IMG/VR virus record: IMGVR_UViG_3300045988_139407
Origin: a virus
Length of the DNA: 63,275 nt
Direction: 5' to 3' (one strand)
This document shows positions 35,563-44,800 of this stretch, piece after piece (within the stretch, counting starts at the first letter, position 1; every line of letters starts with the position of its first letter). A model generated the notes under the pieces. That model was not told where the DNA came from and searched no databases. It saw nothing but the letters and a program-made list of their open reading frames with translations. A program made the translations under genes and the position numbers.

Positions 35563-36165
35563 ATGAAATCGAAACATTTAATTATCTATCTGTTCGTTTG
35601 GATAGCGTATTTCTCAATGTTGTTTCTGACGAGTTGTAAGACGAAGACTGTGACGCAGGAACATTATATTACGGACCAAACAAAGAACAAAAGTTTGGAT
35701 GCCTCCTGGCAGGAGCGATTTATCTCTGCTTTTGAGCAGATGGCAAATAGCAGGATCCAGGAGCACGAAACATCTGTCAAGGAAAGTACACATACAAAGG
35801 ATAGTACTTCAACCACTGTAGATCAGAATGGAAAGCCTATCAAGACAGAGTCATGGCACTCTGTTGTGACCAACAGGAACACAAAAGAGGTGCTGAGGCT
35901 AAAGGATTCCATTAACATCATATCTAAGAAGGTAGATAAATATCAACTTCTTATGGTTCAAAAAGATTCGATGATTCGGTTAAAGCAAGACTCTATTAAC
36001 ATTATGAGGCGAGAACTAACCAAGAATGAGCAGCGACTTGTGACTATAGGGAAGGTAAGTCTTTGTGCGTTAGTAGGTATCATCATAGCCATCATAACAG
36101 GTATTCTTGTTTGGTTATGGCATCGTAAAAAAAATGTGATCAAGTATGAAGACAATAACAATTAA
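35563..36165 (+). CDS. Unimolecular spanin (u-spanin) candidate, 200 aa
   Basis: N-terminal lipoprotein signal with lipobox LTSC (MKSKHLIIYLFVWIAYFSMLFLTSC) plus a C-terminal TM (VSLCALVGIIIAIITGILVWLW) and a basic tail. This is the T1 gp11-type architecture. Confidence 0.5.
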   Translation: MKSKHLIIYLFVWIAYFSMLFLTSCKTKTVTQEHYITDQTKNKSLDASWQERFISAFEQMANSRIQEHETSVKESTHTKDSTSTTVDQNGKPIKTESWHSVVTNRNTKEVLRLKDSINIISKKVDKYQLLMVQKDSMIRLKQDSINIMRRELTKNEQRLVTIGKVSLCALVGIIIAIITGILVWLWHRKKNVIKYEDNNN

Positions 36166-36895
36166 AATCATCAAGAAAAGCGTGATGGGAGTGGTAGAAG
36201 GACTATCTGCCACCATTGCGCAGCATAACCCAGAGGTGGACTTTCAGACCGTCTGGGCGAGCGATGGCGAGGAAGCGAAACTGGATATATACTATCGGGA
36301 GGCGATAACCGACCTAGAGAATTTTCTTGCGAGGTTTTCTTCTTCGACTACCCAGAAATTTGATCTGCAGGCTCTGGCTGATGATTTCTCTATCAATATA
36401 GTGACCCTTGCTTCTTGGCCGCCAAGGTTAAGTGGTGTGCTGAGCAATCATATTCAGAACTATCTTGTGCATGCAATCATTGCCGGGTGGTTGAGTGATT
36501 TTCCGGATATGGCTCATACGGACTATGCCAGTATGGGAGCGAGTGACCTTGATGCCATTAAGGAGATTTTGTTAAAGAAAGACTTTAGCTTTGCTGAGGC
36601 TGAAAGAAAAGCCGATGATACAACGAAAGAAGGCTCTTCTCCTATTGCTTCGGCAAGAAGTGGTGATGAAATAGGTAAGCAGAAGAATGCGCAGGCAACT
36701 GCCGGGCGGTCTGTAGATGCTGAGGCTAAAAGTCAGAATGAACTGGATGCTGAGGCTCGAAATGTGGACGAAGTAGATAAGGATGGCCAGAGTGGGCCGA
36801 AAGGATCTGAGCGCAATCAGGACTTCGTTTCGCAGCATTTTCATCATGATCGTGTAGACTGGAGCGGAGGCAGGCCACCTTATGAACTGAGGTAG
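36146..36895 (+). CDS. Hypothetical protein, 249 aa
   Basis: ATG at 36146 (20-nt overlap with the previous gene); acidic, low-complexity C-terminal half. Confidence 0.55.
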   Translation: MKTITIKIIKKSVMGVVEGLSATIAQHNPEVDFQTVWASDGEEAKLDIYYREAITDLENFLARFSSSTTQKFDLQALADDFSINIVTLASWPPRLSGVLSNHIQNYLVHAIIAGWLSDFPDMAHTDYASMGASDLDAIKEILLKKDFSFAEAERKADDTTKEGSSPIASARSGDEIGKQKNAQATAGRSVDAEAKSQNELDAEARNVDEVDKDGQSGPKGSERNQDFVSQHFHHDRVDWSGGRPPYELR

Positions 36896-36924
36896 ATTTA
36901 TTAATCATCTAAATATTTCGAAAT

Positions 36925-37566
36925 ATGGATAGTAAACTAATTACTTTGAACTTTAGCATGGAGCAGGTATGTAATGACATATTGGCCCGATGCTATGTGT
37001 TGAGCCAGGTACTGGTGGATGATGCCCAGAAGGACATCAGAGCCACTATCGAAAGCCCTGACAGTAAAGAGACTCGCAGTATTATTAATCGTGCAGTAAC
37101 GGAAGCTATCGGTAATATCAAGGTTGCAGCTCAGCGTTATCTGACCTCAGGTAGAGTGGAGGATAACAACAATCTTGAGCGACTTGTGAAGGGTACGAAG
37201 AAGTATGTGTACACCGATAACAACAACGGCACATGGACTGAGGTTGTGACCACAAGCATCATCGGCCAGGAAGATGAGGAAGTGACTTCTACCGTAACCA
37301 AGGCTGGTAATGATCGGGAGGAAAGTATCTATGAGACTGTTACCCTGAAACTGGAGATTCCGAACTGGAACGTGGCTGTGACGGATGCGCTTAAGAGCAA
37401 TATGCATCGGTATATGGTTGACTATACGATGAGTCAATTTTTGCAGGATCAGTATGCAGACAAGGCAGGACAGTATGGGGAGAGTGCTACAGCAGACTTC
37501 AATAATATGAAGAGCAATCTGTTAAGCCGGGATAACTATACTTTGAGACGGCCGAGTTTTACTTAA
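36925..37566 (+). CDS. Hypothetical protein, 213 aa
   Basis: ATG at 36925, last gene of this plus-strand operon. Confidence 0.55.
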   Translation: MDSKLITLNFSMEQVCNDILARCYVLSQVLVDDAQKDIRATIESPDSKETRSIINRAVTEAIGNIKVAAQRYLTSGRVEDNNNLERLVKGTKKYVYTDNNNGTWTEVVTTSIIGQEDEEVTSTVTKAGNDREESIYETVTLKLEIPNWNVAVTDALKSNMHRYMVDYTMSQFLQDQYADKAGQYGESATADFNNMKSNLLSRDNYTLRRPSFT

Positions 37567-37608
37567 TGAAACTTTTTTTTCTTATTTCGTTTTAGGTGTG
37601 TTTATGGA

Positions 37609-37659
37609 AAGAGCCTTCGCTTCGGGATAACTCCTGATTTGCGAAGGCTCTTGTTTTTT
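37609..37659 (+). terminator. Rho-independent terminator between convergent operons
   Basis: AAGAGCCTTCGC-(20 nt)-GCGAAGGCTCTT followed by GTTTTTT. Confidence 0.7.
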
Positions 37660-37696
37660 GACATGGTCAGAAAGCCATGGAGCGGTGGTTTTTCTG

Positions 37697-40630
37697 CTAG
37701 AACTTGCTGAAACGCCTGATGATTTCGAGGCGCGTATCAAAGTATTGATTCATGGATTTCATCTTCAAGTATAGGGCGATGCGGAAGAAACGATAGCTGT
37801 GAGTAGCCATGTAGCTGGACTTCATGCCGCCCATGCGACCGATGTAATGCCAATTCTGATTATCATTGCTACCATATAACCACATGATTGGTATGCTGCC
37901 AGACGTGAGGGAATGGATATAGCCTGTAATGGAATCAGGTACGTTATCTTCATCGAACTTCAAGGTACGAGTAACTATGATACCATGATACTCTGTTGGA
38001 TCTTCGTAATCGTAACCCTTATCGAGCACCATCACGCTGCCATCCCTATATTGTATGTAGGGGTGAGGATAGGAATTGATAGCCGTAAGCACATTTTGTA
38101 TAAGAAAAGTACTCCAGGCATTATCCTTGATAGAATAGCAGAGGGCCACCGTATCAGCCGTAGAGGCCCTACTCGTCTGCGTAACATCTAGACAAAAGAT
38201 GCGAGAGTTTTTGTAATCGTAGATAACCTGACAATGCTGGAAGAACTCTATTGGCGATGAAGTAAAATCTATGAGTTGACGCATCTGAGCCTTGATAGTC
38301 TTGACAGATTCGCTATCCCCTTCTGCATCAACGAAGAAGTTGAGGAACTTGCCTAGGCTACCGGAAATGTTGAAGCCGGGACCATCTAAGACATCGGACA
38401 TGGAAACCACTTGTGACTCTGCTATGCGACTGATTGAGCGGTTTGTGGCGAAGATAACAGACTGGTCTAACTGAGTGATAGACTTCGGATTGCTACAAAC
38501 CTCACGACTAATTGGGTGGATGCTGCTATAGGTGCCTTGGGAAGAGACTTCCATCGCCCAGATGCCATCGGTGGAGAACGCCATCAATGGGTACTGACCA
38601 AACTGACCTTGAGAGAGAGCCCTTGTGGTCGAGGCTATTCCCTGGATGGTTCCGATGCCCACGGTGTTGATGCCGTTAAGAGGGAAATAGAAGGCATTAT
38701 CGGACTCGGAGGTGTAAATCTTGTTACTCATATCGACTACATCATCTACGGAGTAATCGTAGGATGTGACGATATAGGGTGTTATCTCTTCTGTGAAGTT
38801 GCCCATGTGCATAGCTCCATTCAACTCTTCGCATTCTTTGAGCGGAAAGGCATAGATAACATAGGCACTATCGACTGTAGTACAGAAGAATACCATCTTC
38901 TTTGCTCTGGAATCGGGATAGTACTTAACCAAATTGGCGAGCATGAATGGTTCTATGCGGTCGGTAAAATCTTCCTCTAAAACATTCTCGACATATTTAG
39001 TGCCAGATGTGGTATGAAGCTCTGTGACTATCTTCTTGATGATAAGCTGTGAATTGAAATAGCCAACTTTGCGCAAATAATTACCTTTGGGGAACATGAC
39101 TTTTCGACAGAAACCAGACATCAGATGTTCTTGTACTCCAAACAGGTTGAGCCGATGGTTATAGACATAGCTACCCTTGGCAGTGAGGAAATTGTGGGTC
39201 TTGTAATCGTCCTGCATCTGCTCTTGGAGGGAAACTTGGTATACAGCTGCCTTATCTACAGGCAATTCCTTGTTATCGACCTTGGTAAGATTGTCAATTG
39301 GCAAGGAACATATCTTATAAAAGGCTGAAATGTTTTGGTCGTTCGCCTCGGAAGTATCGCCATTGCCAGCAGAGCTGAGTTGGTTATTATAATCATCGTC
39401 AGACTTCTTCGGGAAGCGAACACTGACCATTCCATAGCTTTTGCCTTTGTTGCTAGTCCAATGGTAATCTTTTACGTTTGCTCCATTTAACACATAATTA
39501 GGCTGACACATCTCCAATACGCTAATCTTGGCACTCGTATCGACATTGGTGACAGGAGGCGTGATGAAAATATCAATAGACTTGATAATATCTTTCCATC
39601 GCTTCAACTCGTCAATATCTCCTTGGAGCGCATAGGACAATGCTACATTGTGAGGGAGATACATGAAGGTACATTTGGAAATGCTAGCTTCGATAACGTT
39701 GCCCTTGGCATCTTTTCTATTGACGGTTAAAGAATCTTCCCAACCTACTTCCGCACCAGTAACGATAAGGTTATTGTAGTTTTCGCTAGGGAAGCTAATG
39801 TTAGCAGAATAAACGGAATAGCTGTTTGGCACCTGAATGGGGATAAAAACAGGCGAGGAGTGCATAATCATGCTGCCATCGAACATGCGATAGCAATAGC
39901 GGATGAAGAAGGATGCGTAAAAACGCCCTTGCTTGGCGATAAGATTATTTGTGCGGTTGACTAGGGCGTAGATGCTCTGGGTAATATCGGACTGCTTATC
40001 ATCCTTGATATTGGCTACTTGGTCGCCCGAGGTGAAGGAATTGCCATTAACCTTGTTGAACACATCGCCACAGCTATAGGTGGTCTGCTGGAAAGCATCA
40101 TAGAAGCCTTCTTTGCTACCCTTGGTATTAATTCCACCAAGTTCGTAATCTTCTGGCTTATTACTTGGGTCGAAGAAAAAGCTAAGTTCTAGGAATGGTG
40201 GCTTCTGACCCTTATAGCTGTAATCGGACGAGGACTGTCCGTTGCTCTCCCACATGGCATAGTGGATGCCATCGGTAGCCACGATGATGAGGGTGTTGCC
40301 GATGGAGTTGATAGAGATCACGGTGGATTCGTAGTCGAAGGACTTGATAGGGGTGGACGAGCCTAGCGTGCCATCCTGCATGAACCAATAAATGGAGGAT
40401 GAGGCTATGGCTATGAGGTGGTGATAATTACCTGTTTCGTGAACATACAATATCTTAGCCACCTCACCATTAACGGTGAGGGGCTGAGAGAGAGGTGTGC
40501 CCGAGACGATGGCAGGGCGCAATGCGCCATCATGCAGCTCTATATTGCCGCAGAGGGATAGCGCACCGTTTTCTACTGCCATTTCATCAGGAGTTAGGCT
40601 GAGACCTTTGTATCTAATTGATTGTTGCAT
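37697..40630 (-). CDS. Large virion structural protein candidate, 977 aa (tail nozzle/tubular-type by size)
   Basis: Long beta-rich ORF, last gene of a minus-strand operon driven by the late-type promoter at 42234. Confidence 0.45.
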   Translation of the reverse strand: MQQSIRYKGLSLTPDEMAVENGALSLCGNIELHDGALRPAIVSGTPLSQPLTVNGEVAKILYVHETGNYHHLIAIASSSIYWFMQDGTLGSSTPIKSFDYESTVISINSIGNTLIIVATDGIHYAMWESNGQSSSDYSYKGQKPPFLELSFFFDPSNKPEDYELGGINTKGSKEGFYDAFQQTTYSCGDVFNKVNGNSFTSGDQVANIKDDKQSDITQSIYALVNRTNNLIAKQGRFYASFFIRYCYRMFDGSMIMHSSPVFIPIQVPNSYSVYSANISFPSENYNNLIVTGAEVGWEDSLTVNRKDAKGNVIEASISKCTFMYLPHNVALSYALQGDIDELKRWKDIIKSIDIFITPPVTNVDTSAKISVLEMCQPNYVLNGANVKDYHWTSNKGKSYGMVSVRFPKKSDDDYNNQLSSAGNGDTSEANDQNISAFYKICSLPIDNLTKVDNKELPVDKAAVYQVSLQEQMQDDYKTHNFLTAKGSYVYNHRLNLFGVQEHLMSGFCRKVMFPKGNYLRKVGYFNSQLIIKKIVTELHTTSGTKYVENVLEEDFTDRIEPFMLANLVKYYPDSRAKKMVFFCTTVDSAYVIYAFPLKECEELNGAMHMGNFTEEITPYIVTSYDYSVDDVVDMSNKIYTSESDNAFYFPLNGINTVGIGTIQGIASTTRALSQGQFGQYPLMAFSTDGIWAMEVSSQGTYSSIHPISREVCSNPKSITQLDQSVIFATNRSISRIAESQVVSMSDVLDGPGFNISGSLGKFLNFFVDAEGDSESVKTIKAQMRQLIDFTSSPIEFFQHCQVIYDYKNSRIFCLDVTQTSRASTADTVALCYSIKDNAWSTFLIQNVLTAINSYPHPYIQYRDGSVMVLDKGYDYEDPTEYHGIIVTRTLKFDEDNVPDSITGYIHSLTSGSIPIMWLYGSNDNQNWHYIGRMGGMKSSYMATHSYRFFRIALYLKMKSMNQYFDTRLEIIRRFSKF

Positions 40631-40653
40631 ATTTCTTAATGTTTATTATTTTA

Positions 40654-41079
40654 TTAACGACAATGCTCGCTGTCGGCCCTATTGACGATTGCTAAGGCTG
40701 GACAACTGACGCCATTTACATTGAGATTGATGGTTTCATTAGCCGTAACCAGTTCTATCTGCTTAGTACCAGTCGGGATATTCGGTATATAGCTAAGCAA
40801 GAAACTGACGGTAGAAACATTACTGGCATGGAGCTGCCCCTTACGGCCAGACAGTTTGATGCATACTACTTCTTTAGCTTCTATATCCGGTGTAGTCTTA
40901 ATGACATACATCTGCTTACTTTCTGTATGGAAGCAGAAACAAATCTTATCACCCGGATGGAGATCCAGCAGTTTGCAAGGACTAGACCTTAGAGTGATAC
41001 GCCCATTCAGATTAAGGGCAAGTCCTCGCTTCTGAACGCGAGGACGATTGAGAATAATGACATCATTTGTTTGCTTCAT
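40654..41079 (-). CDS. Hypothetical protein, 141 aa
   Basis: The ATG at 41079 (MKQTNDVIILNRPRV...) is chosen because the upstream part of the track ORF overlaps 41063..41812. Confidence 0.5.
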   Translation of the reverse strand: MKQTNDVIILNRPRVQKRGLALNLNGRITLRSSPCKLLDLHPGDKICFCFHTESKQMYVIKTTPDIEAKEVVCIKLSGRKGQLHASNVSTVSFLLSYIPNIPTGTKQIELVTANETINLNVNGVSCPALAIVNRADSEHCR

Positions 41080-41812
41080 AATCTGTAGGTTTGTGGAGCC
41101 AGAAACGGAAATAATCGTTTTCGGCATCCTGGTTGCGTACTTTGACGTATTCTCTGGTAACATAGAAATGCTTCTTGCTAAGAGTAGGGTTGAGGCCGTA
41201 ATCATTTAACATCATTGCTGGCTCTACTCTGCCATCGAAGGATATTTCATACCAGTAGCGATGGAGAAAGAACCATGGACGAAGACGAACCTCCTGAATG
41301 GTGGTGTAATTACTCTTGTCTGCCCGGCACGGTACGATGCTCCAGCTACCATCCTGCCAATGCTCTGTGGTCACTTCTCCACCTGGTGCCATTTCATGTT
41401 TCTTGATGATGGACTTCTGAATCTTAACGATCAGGCAAACATCAGCCGTGAAAACTTTAGCCATTTTTCCATGGCAGAGCATGACGAAGCGGCCTTTCTT
41501 ATCAGGAAGTAGGCTACGCTGTTTGCCCGGCTTATTGATGACACAGACGGTGGAGAGGAACTTATGTCGAGCCATTGAGAGAAAATCGGGCAGTTTCGCC
41601 TTGGCATGCATGCGGTCGATGACCTTCTGAACCTTTTTGAAGTTTTTCTCTGCCTGAGTCTCATGAATAGTGACCGGAGATTGAGGTAACTGATCTTTTC
41701 CCTTTTGCTCACGAATCTTCTTAACGTTTTCACGAACCTGCTTCTTAGAAGGTATTTCCAGAAGATGACCCGTTTTCTTATCAAGTCTGTATCTTGTTTT
41801 TTGCTTTTCCAT
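41063..41812 (-). CDS. Hypothetical protein, 249 aa
   Basis: ATG at 41812; balanced composition. The overlapping ORF 41431..41991 looks like a shadow. Confidence 0.55.
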   Translation of the reverse strand: MEKQKTRYRLDKKTGHLLEIPSKKQVRENVKKIREQKGKDQLPQSPVTIHETQAEKNFKKVQKVIDRMHAKAKLPDFLSMARHKFLSTVCVINKPGKQRSLLPDKKGRFVMLCHGKMAKVFTADVCLIVKIQKSIIKKHEMAPGGEVTTEHWQDGSWSIVPCRADKSNYTTIQEVRLRPWFFLHRYWYEISFDGRVEPAMMLNDYGLNPTLSKKHFYVTREYVKVRNQDAENDYFRFWLHKPTDYEANK

Positions 41813-41824
41813 AATGAGTTGTCT

Positions 41825-42154
41825 TTAAATGTTGCCCTCGTTGAGGCAAATGATTTCGAAATGATGATTCTCGCAGATGTCGTTGCCGTTGGCCATACGA
41901 TGATTGAAGGAGCAAGGGATATGCTTGTTGTACAGATCGCACTGAAGACAATGATCAGGAACATCTTTCTGTTCTTTGCTACCAACTTCATTATCTATTG
42001 GCTTACTGGGTACAGCCCTGACAACACGGCCGAAATGATCATAGAGTTGACCGGGAACGATACAGGTTGCCTCACGGAGGGATGGGAGATTGTAACCCAT
42101 CTTACGGATAAACCAGAGGCGTAGGTAAATGATTAAACGTTTCAACTTTTTCAT
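41825..42154 (-). CDS. Hypothetical Cys/His-containing protein, 109 aa
   Basis: ATG at 42154, first gene behind the minus-strand late-type promoter. Confidence 0.5.
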   Translation of the reverse strand: MKKLKRLIIYLRLWFIRKMGYNLPSLREATCIVPGQLYDHFGRVVRAVPSKPIDNEVGSKEQKDVPDHCLQCDLYNKHIPCSFNHRMANGNDICENHHFEIICLNEGNI

Positions 42155-42186
42155 ATATGATTGATGTTATATATTAATAATGTGGG

Positions 42187-42234
42187 TAAAGATACGAGAA
42201 AAATGAGGATAAAAAGTGATAACTTGCGCAACTT
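42187..42234 (-). promoter_or_regulatory. Late-type promoter on the minus strand: AAGTTGCGCAAGTTATCAC + 21 nt + TATCTTTA
   Basis: Reverse complement of 42216-42234 gives the 19-mer with 1 mismatch. The box is at 42187-42194. A second TTGCGCAA core lies at 42253-42260. Confidence 0.55.
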
Positions 42235-42273
42235 AGCTTGTTGAGAACCAAATTGCGCAAGAATTGTCAGTGA

Positions 42274-42861
42274 TTACTCGGTTTTATCGTCCTTCTCTTT
42301 CTGCTTGTCAGTGGAAGGCTCATGCTCGAAGACATCAAAAATCTTTGTCTCGCTGAGGCTCTTCAACTCATAGTCTATCATGGTCTTGCACATAACCTCG
42401 TCTACATAACGCTTGGCACGTTCGATGCTCTTGGCTTGGATGAGGTAGTTGACATAGGTACGCTTCTCCTTATCCTTCTTATCATCAATGGTGATGAAAG
42501 CCAAACGAGCCTTGAACCAAAGATCATCGTCATCAATGTCAGAGAAGAAAATCTCGTTGTAGTTGGCAGGGTTGATGTTGGCAACCTTAAACTCGCCTGA
42601 GACATAGACGGACATGTTATCAATGATGCTAGCTTCTGCCTCGGTGAAGGAGAGGGCATCAACAACATACAGCTCGTTTACCAATTTATCGCTTCCATCC
42701 TCCTGGGTCTTCTCATAGCGTACCTTGCACTCGAACCATGTGCTTGTACGAGAGCGGAGGGAAGAACCATTACCTGTGCCAATGAAGGACTCCTTTGGCT
42801 GGTTCTGAGACTTGTCTTGTGTCTTAACCTCTTGCTGAGGCTTGTTTTCTTTCTTGTTCAT
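42274..42861 (-). CDS. DUF4494-like protein, 195 aa
   Basis: WFECKVRYEKTQEDGSDKLVNELYVVDALSFTEAEA...GEFKV...LWFKARLAFITIDDKKDKEKR resembles the Bacteroidota/phage DUF4494 pattern as I recall it. Confidence 0.45.
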   Translation of the reverse strand: MNKKENKPQQEVKTQDKSQNQPKESFIGTGNGSSLRSRTSTWFECKVRYEKTQEDGSDKLVNELYVVDALSFTEAEASIIDNMSVYVSGEFKVANINPANYNEIFFSDIDDDDLWFKARLAFITIDDKKDKEKRTYVNYLIQAKSIERAKRYVDEVMCKTMIDYELKSLSETKIFDVFEHEPSTDKQKEKDDKTE

Positions 42862-42865
42862 AATT

Positions 42866-43456
42866 TTAAGAATTTAAATTGTTATTAATAATTTTGTCTA
42901 TCTCTTCCTGAGGTAGCGGTTTTCCGTCTTTGCCAAGATATTCCTTGCAGATGAAATACATGGTGCCAGGAGGGTCGGGATGGCGGTAGTGGAAATTCAA
43001 CTCTATATTGGCAAGCTGCTCATCCGAGGAATTAAAGATAGAACGAGCCTGATGTGCTCTTGGCATACGTTCCATGACGTGGTACTGGATGATGTAGCCA
43101 TCTTTCTTTATCTGCTCGTCTTTGAGAATAATGAGCATCTTATCTATCTTGGCTTCTTTCTCCTTGATGTTCTTGAAGAGGGAGTTGACCAGCTCCTTGT
43201 CGGGCTGTGGCTTCTTCTTCTCTTGGAAATATTGGATGGTTGAGGCTCTAAGTTCTGCCACCAGAAGGAAAAATTTTCCGTTGTCGTTCTGAGGGACATC
43301 ATTTCCGTCTGCCTTCATGATGATGCCATCAACACGCTTTTCAAGTTCGATGGACTGGCGCAGTATCTTCTTATCGCGGTGTGCCCAATATTCCTTTTCC
43401 GTGGTTCGCATAGCTGAAACCAGCTTGCGAAAGGATAATACTGATTCTTCACTCAT
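42866..43456 (-). CDS. Hypothetical protein, 196 aa
   Basis: ATG at 43456, in the early operon. Confidence 0.55.
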   Translation of the reverse strand: MSEESVLSFRKLVSAMRTTEKEYWAHRDKKILRQSIELEKRVDGIIMKADGNDVPQNDNGKFFLLVAELRASTIQYFQEKKKPQPDKELVNSLFKNIKEKEAKIDKMLIILKDEQIKKDGYIIQYHVMERMPRAHQARSIFNSSDEQLANIELNFHYRHPDPPGTMYFICKEYLGKDGKPLPQEEIDKIINNNLNS

Positions 43457-43459
43457 ATC

Positions 43460-43690
43460 TTATTTGATACCTAAAGTTTGTTTGACTTTTCTGATGCGCT
43501 CCTGTTCCTTGGGGAGGAGGTTACCTTTTTTGTCTATTCGGCAGAGGAGGCGGAGATTTGGCTTAATGGTTATCCACTTGTGAAGACCATCGTGCTCACG
43601 CTTTATCTGTCGAAGTTGGGCTTCTTGCAGTCTTTCGTGCAAATGCTGCTCATGACGAAGTTTACTGATTTCGTTCTGTATTCTGTCCAT
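43460..43690 (-). CDS. Hypothetical protein, 76 aa
   Basis: The track start 43696 is TTG; the first ATG is at 43690 (MDRIQNEISKL...). Confidence 0.45.
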   Translation of the reverse strand: MDRIQNEISKLRHEQHLHERLQEAQLRQIKREHDGLHKWITIKPNLRLLCRIDKKGNLLPKEQERIRKVKQTLGIK

Positions 43691-44327
43691 TGGCAAATTC
43701 TTCTTCTGATGGGATAATATCGTATAATTGTCCCCAATTGTTAGTGCCTACACATTCAAGGGCTGTTTTTACGTCTTCAAGAGTAACAAAAATTTCGTCT
43801 TTGTTAATATAAGCATAGCCTTTAGAACATGCTTGCATATATTCCATGAAATTCTTCTTCTCTTCAGGGGAGAGGTGGGAAGGTCGTTGCACAAGACGCT
43901 CATCTAACCACTTGAATCCTACCTCATTCTTACGCTGAATTCTTTCTACGCTTGCAGAGAAAGCACGAATAGCTTCATCCATTTTCTTTGAAGACTTATC
44001 TTCATTCAAATTTAAATCTGCAAGTTCTACCTTGATCATTGATAGAGCTTCTTCTGTATCTTTCAAACGAGATATTTTGGTGTCGATGGCTTTAGAAGCA
44101 GAAGATAACACCTCTAGAGATCTTTCTAGATTGGCATCATTTTTCTTGAAAGCCTCTCTGTATGAGATAAGTTCATCACGCTGCTCTTGAATAATTCGAC
44201 TTAAACGCTTGTTTCTGTCATCGAAGCGAACTTTGAAGTTCTTGTCTCTTAACGTGGAAGAGACGATGCCTAGCGTGATAACAAAGACCACGCTGAGGCA
44301 AATAATTAATGTTATTGTTACATACAT
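43662..44327 (-). CDS. N-terminal TM + coiled-coil protein, 221 aa
   Basis: MYVTITLIICLSVVFVITLGIVS followed by a long helical region. Confidence 0.55.
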   Translation of the reverse strand: MYVTITLIICLSVVFVITLGIVSSTLRDKNFKVRFDDRNKRLSRIIQEQRDELISYREAFKKNDANLERSLEVLSSASKAIDTKISRLKDTEEALSMIKVELADLNLNEDKSSKKMDEAIRAFSASVERIQRKNEVGFKWLDERLVQRPSHLSPEEKKNFMEYMQACSKGYAYINKDEIFVTLEDVKTALECVGTNNWGQLYDIIPSEEEFANGQNTERNQ

Positions 44328-44351
44328 AATTGTATTTCTTATTGTTCACAC

Positions 44352-44789
44352 TTATTTCTTGTCTGGAAATACCTCCAATAATTTAATACGAGTTTTTAAA
44401 ATATCGTAGTAATGTTTCATTGCATGATATTGAGAAAGCATTAATGCTGTCTGAACAGTTCCGCATTTTTCAACGATCTTGTCGTAATGCTTACCATCCA
44501 AGAATGCATCGAGTTTATTAAAACGTTCTTTCAACTCGTTGAACTCAATAATGAGGCGGTCCTTGAAGTCTTCTGCTATCTGGTATGATTTTTCGAATAC
44601 TTCTTTAGGGGACCATGAATCGTAGGTGCTGCCATCTGGGTTGACGTACTGGACGTGATAGCCAGATCTCCACTCATGATTATCCTCGTTTTTACGAGCA
44701 AAACCTTTAGCCACTGCGGTTGCTTCATCCATAGGTGCAGCCATAACCTCTTTTGTACCGATGTACTTTTTCAATTTTGTTGTTTCCAT
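44352..44789 (-). CDS. Hypothetical protein, 145 aa; its N-terminal domain is paralogous to that of 51421..51918
   Basis: KKYIGTKEVMAAPM...GYHVQYVNPDGSTYDSWSPKEVFEKSY aligns with KKYIGTKVVKAEPM...GYLVEYKDGYKSWSPKSVFDEAY. Confidence 0.6.
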   Translation of the reverse strand: METTKLKKYIGTKEVMAAPMDEATAVAKGFARKNEDNHEWRSGYHVQYVNPDGSTYDSWSPKEVFEKSYQIAEDFKDRLIIEFNELKERFNKLDAFLDGKHYDKIVEKCGTVQTALMLSQYHAMKHYYDILKTRIKLLEVFPDKK

Positions 44790-44800
44790 AATTGTATTTT

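Noticed and set aside
41431-41991. 186-aa minus-strand ORF overlapping two neighbouring genes
   Set aside because: It is S/R-rich and of low complexity. It straddles the boundary of two better ORFs (41063..41812 and 41825..42154) that tile the region without overlapping each other.
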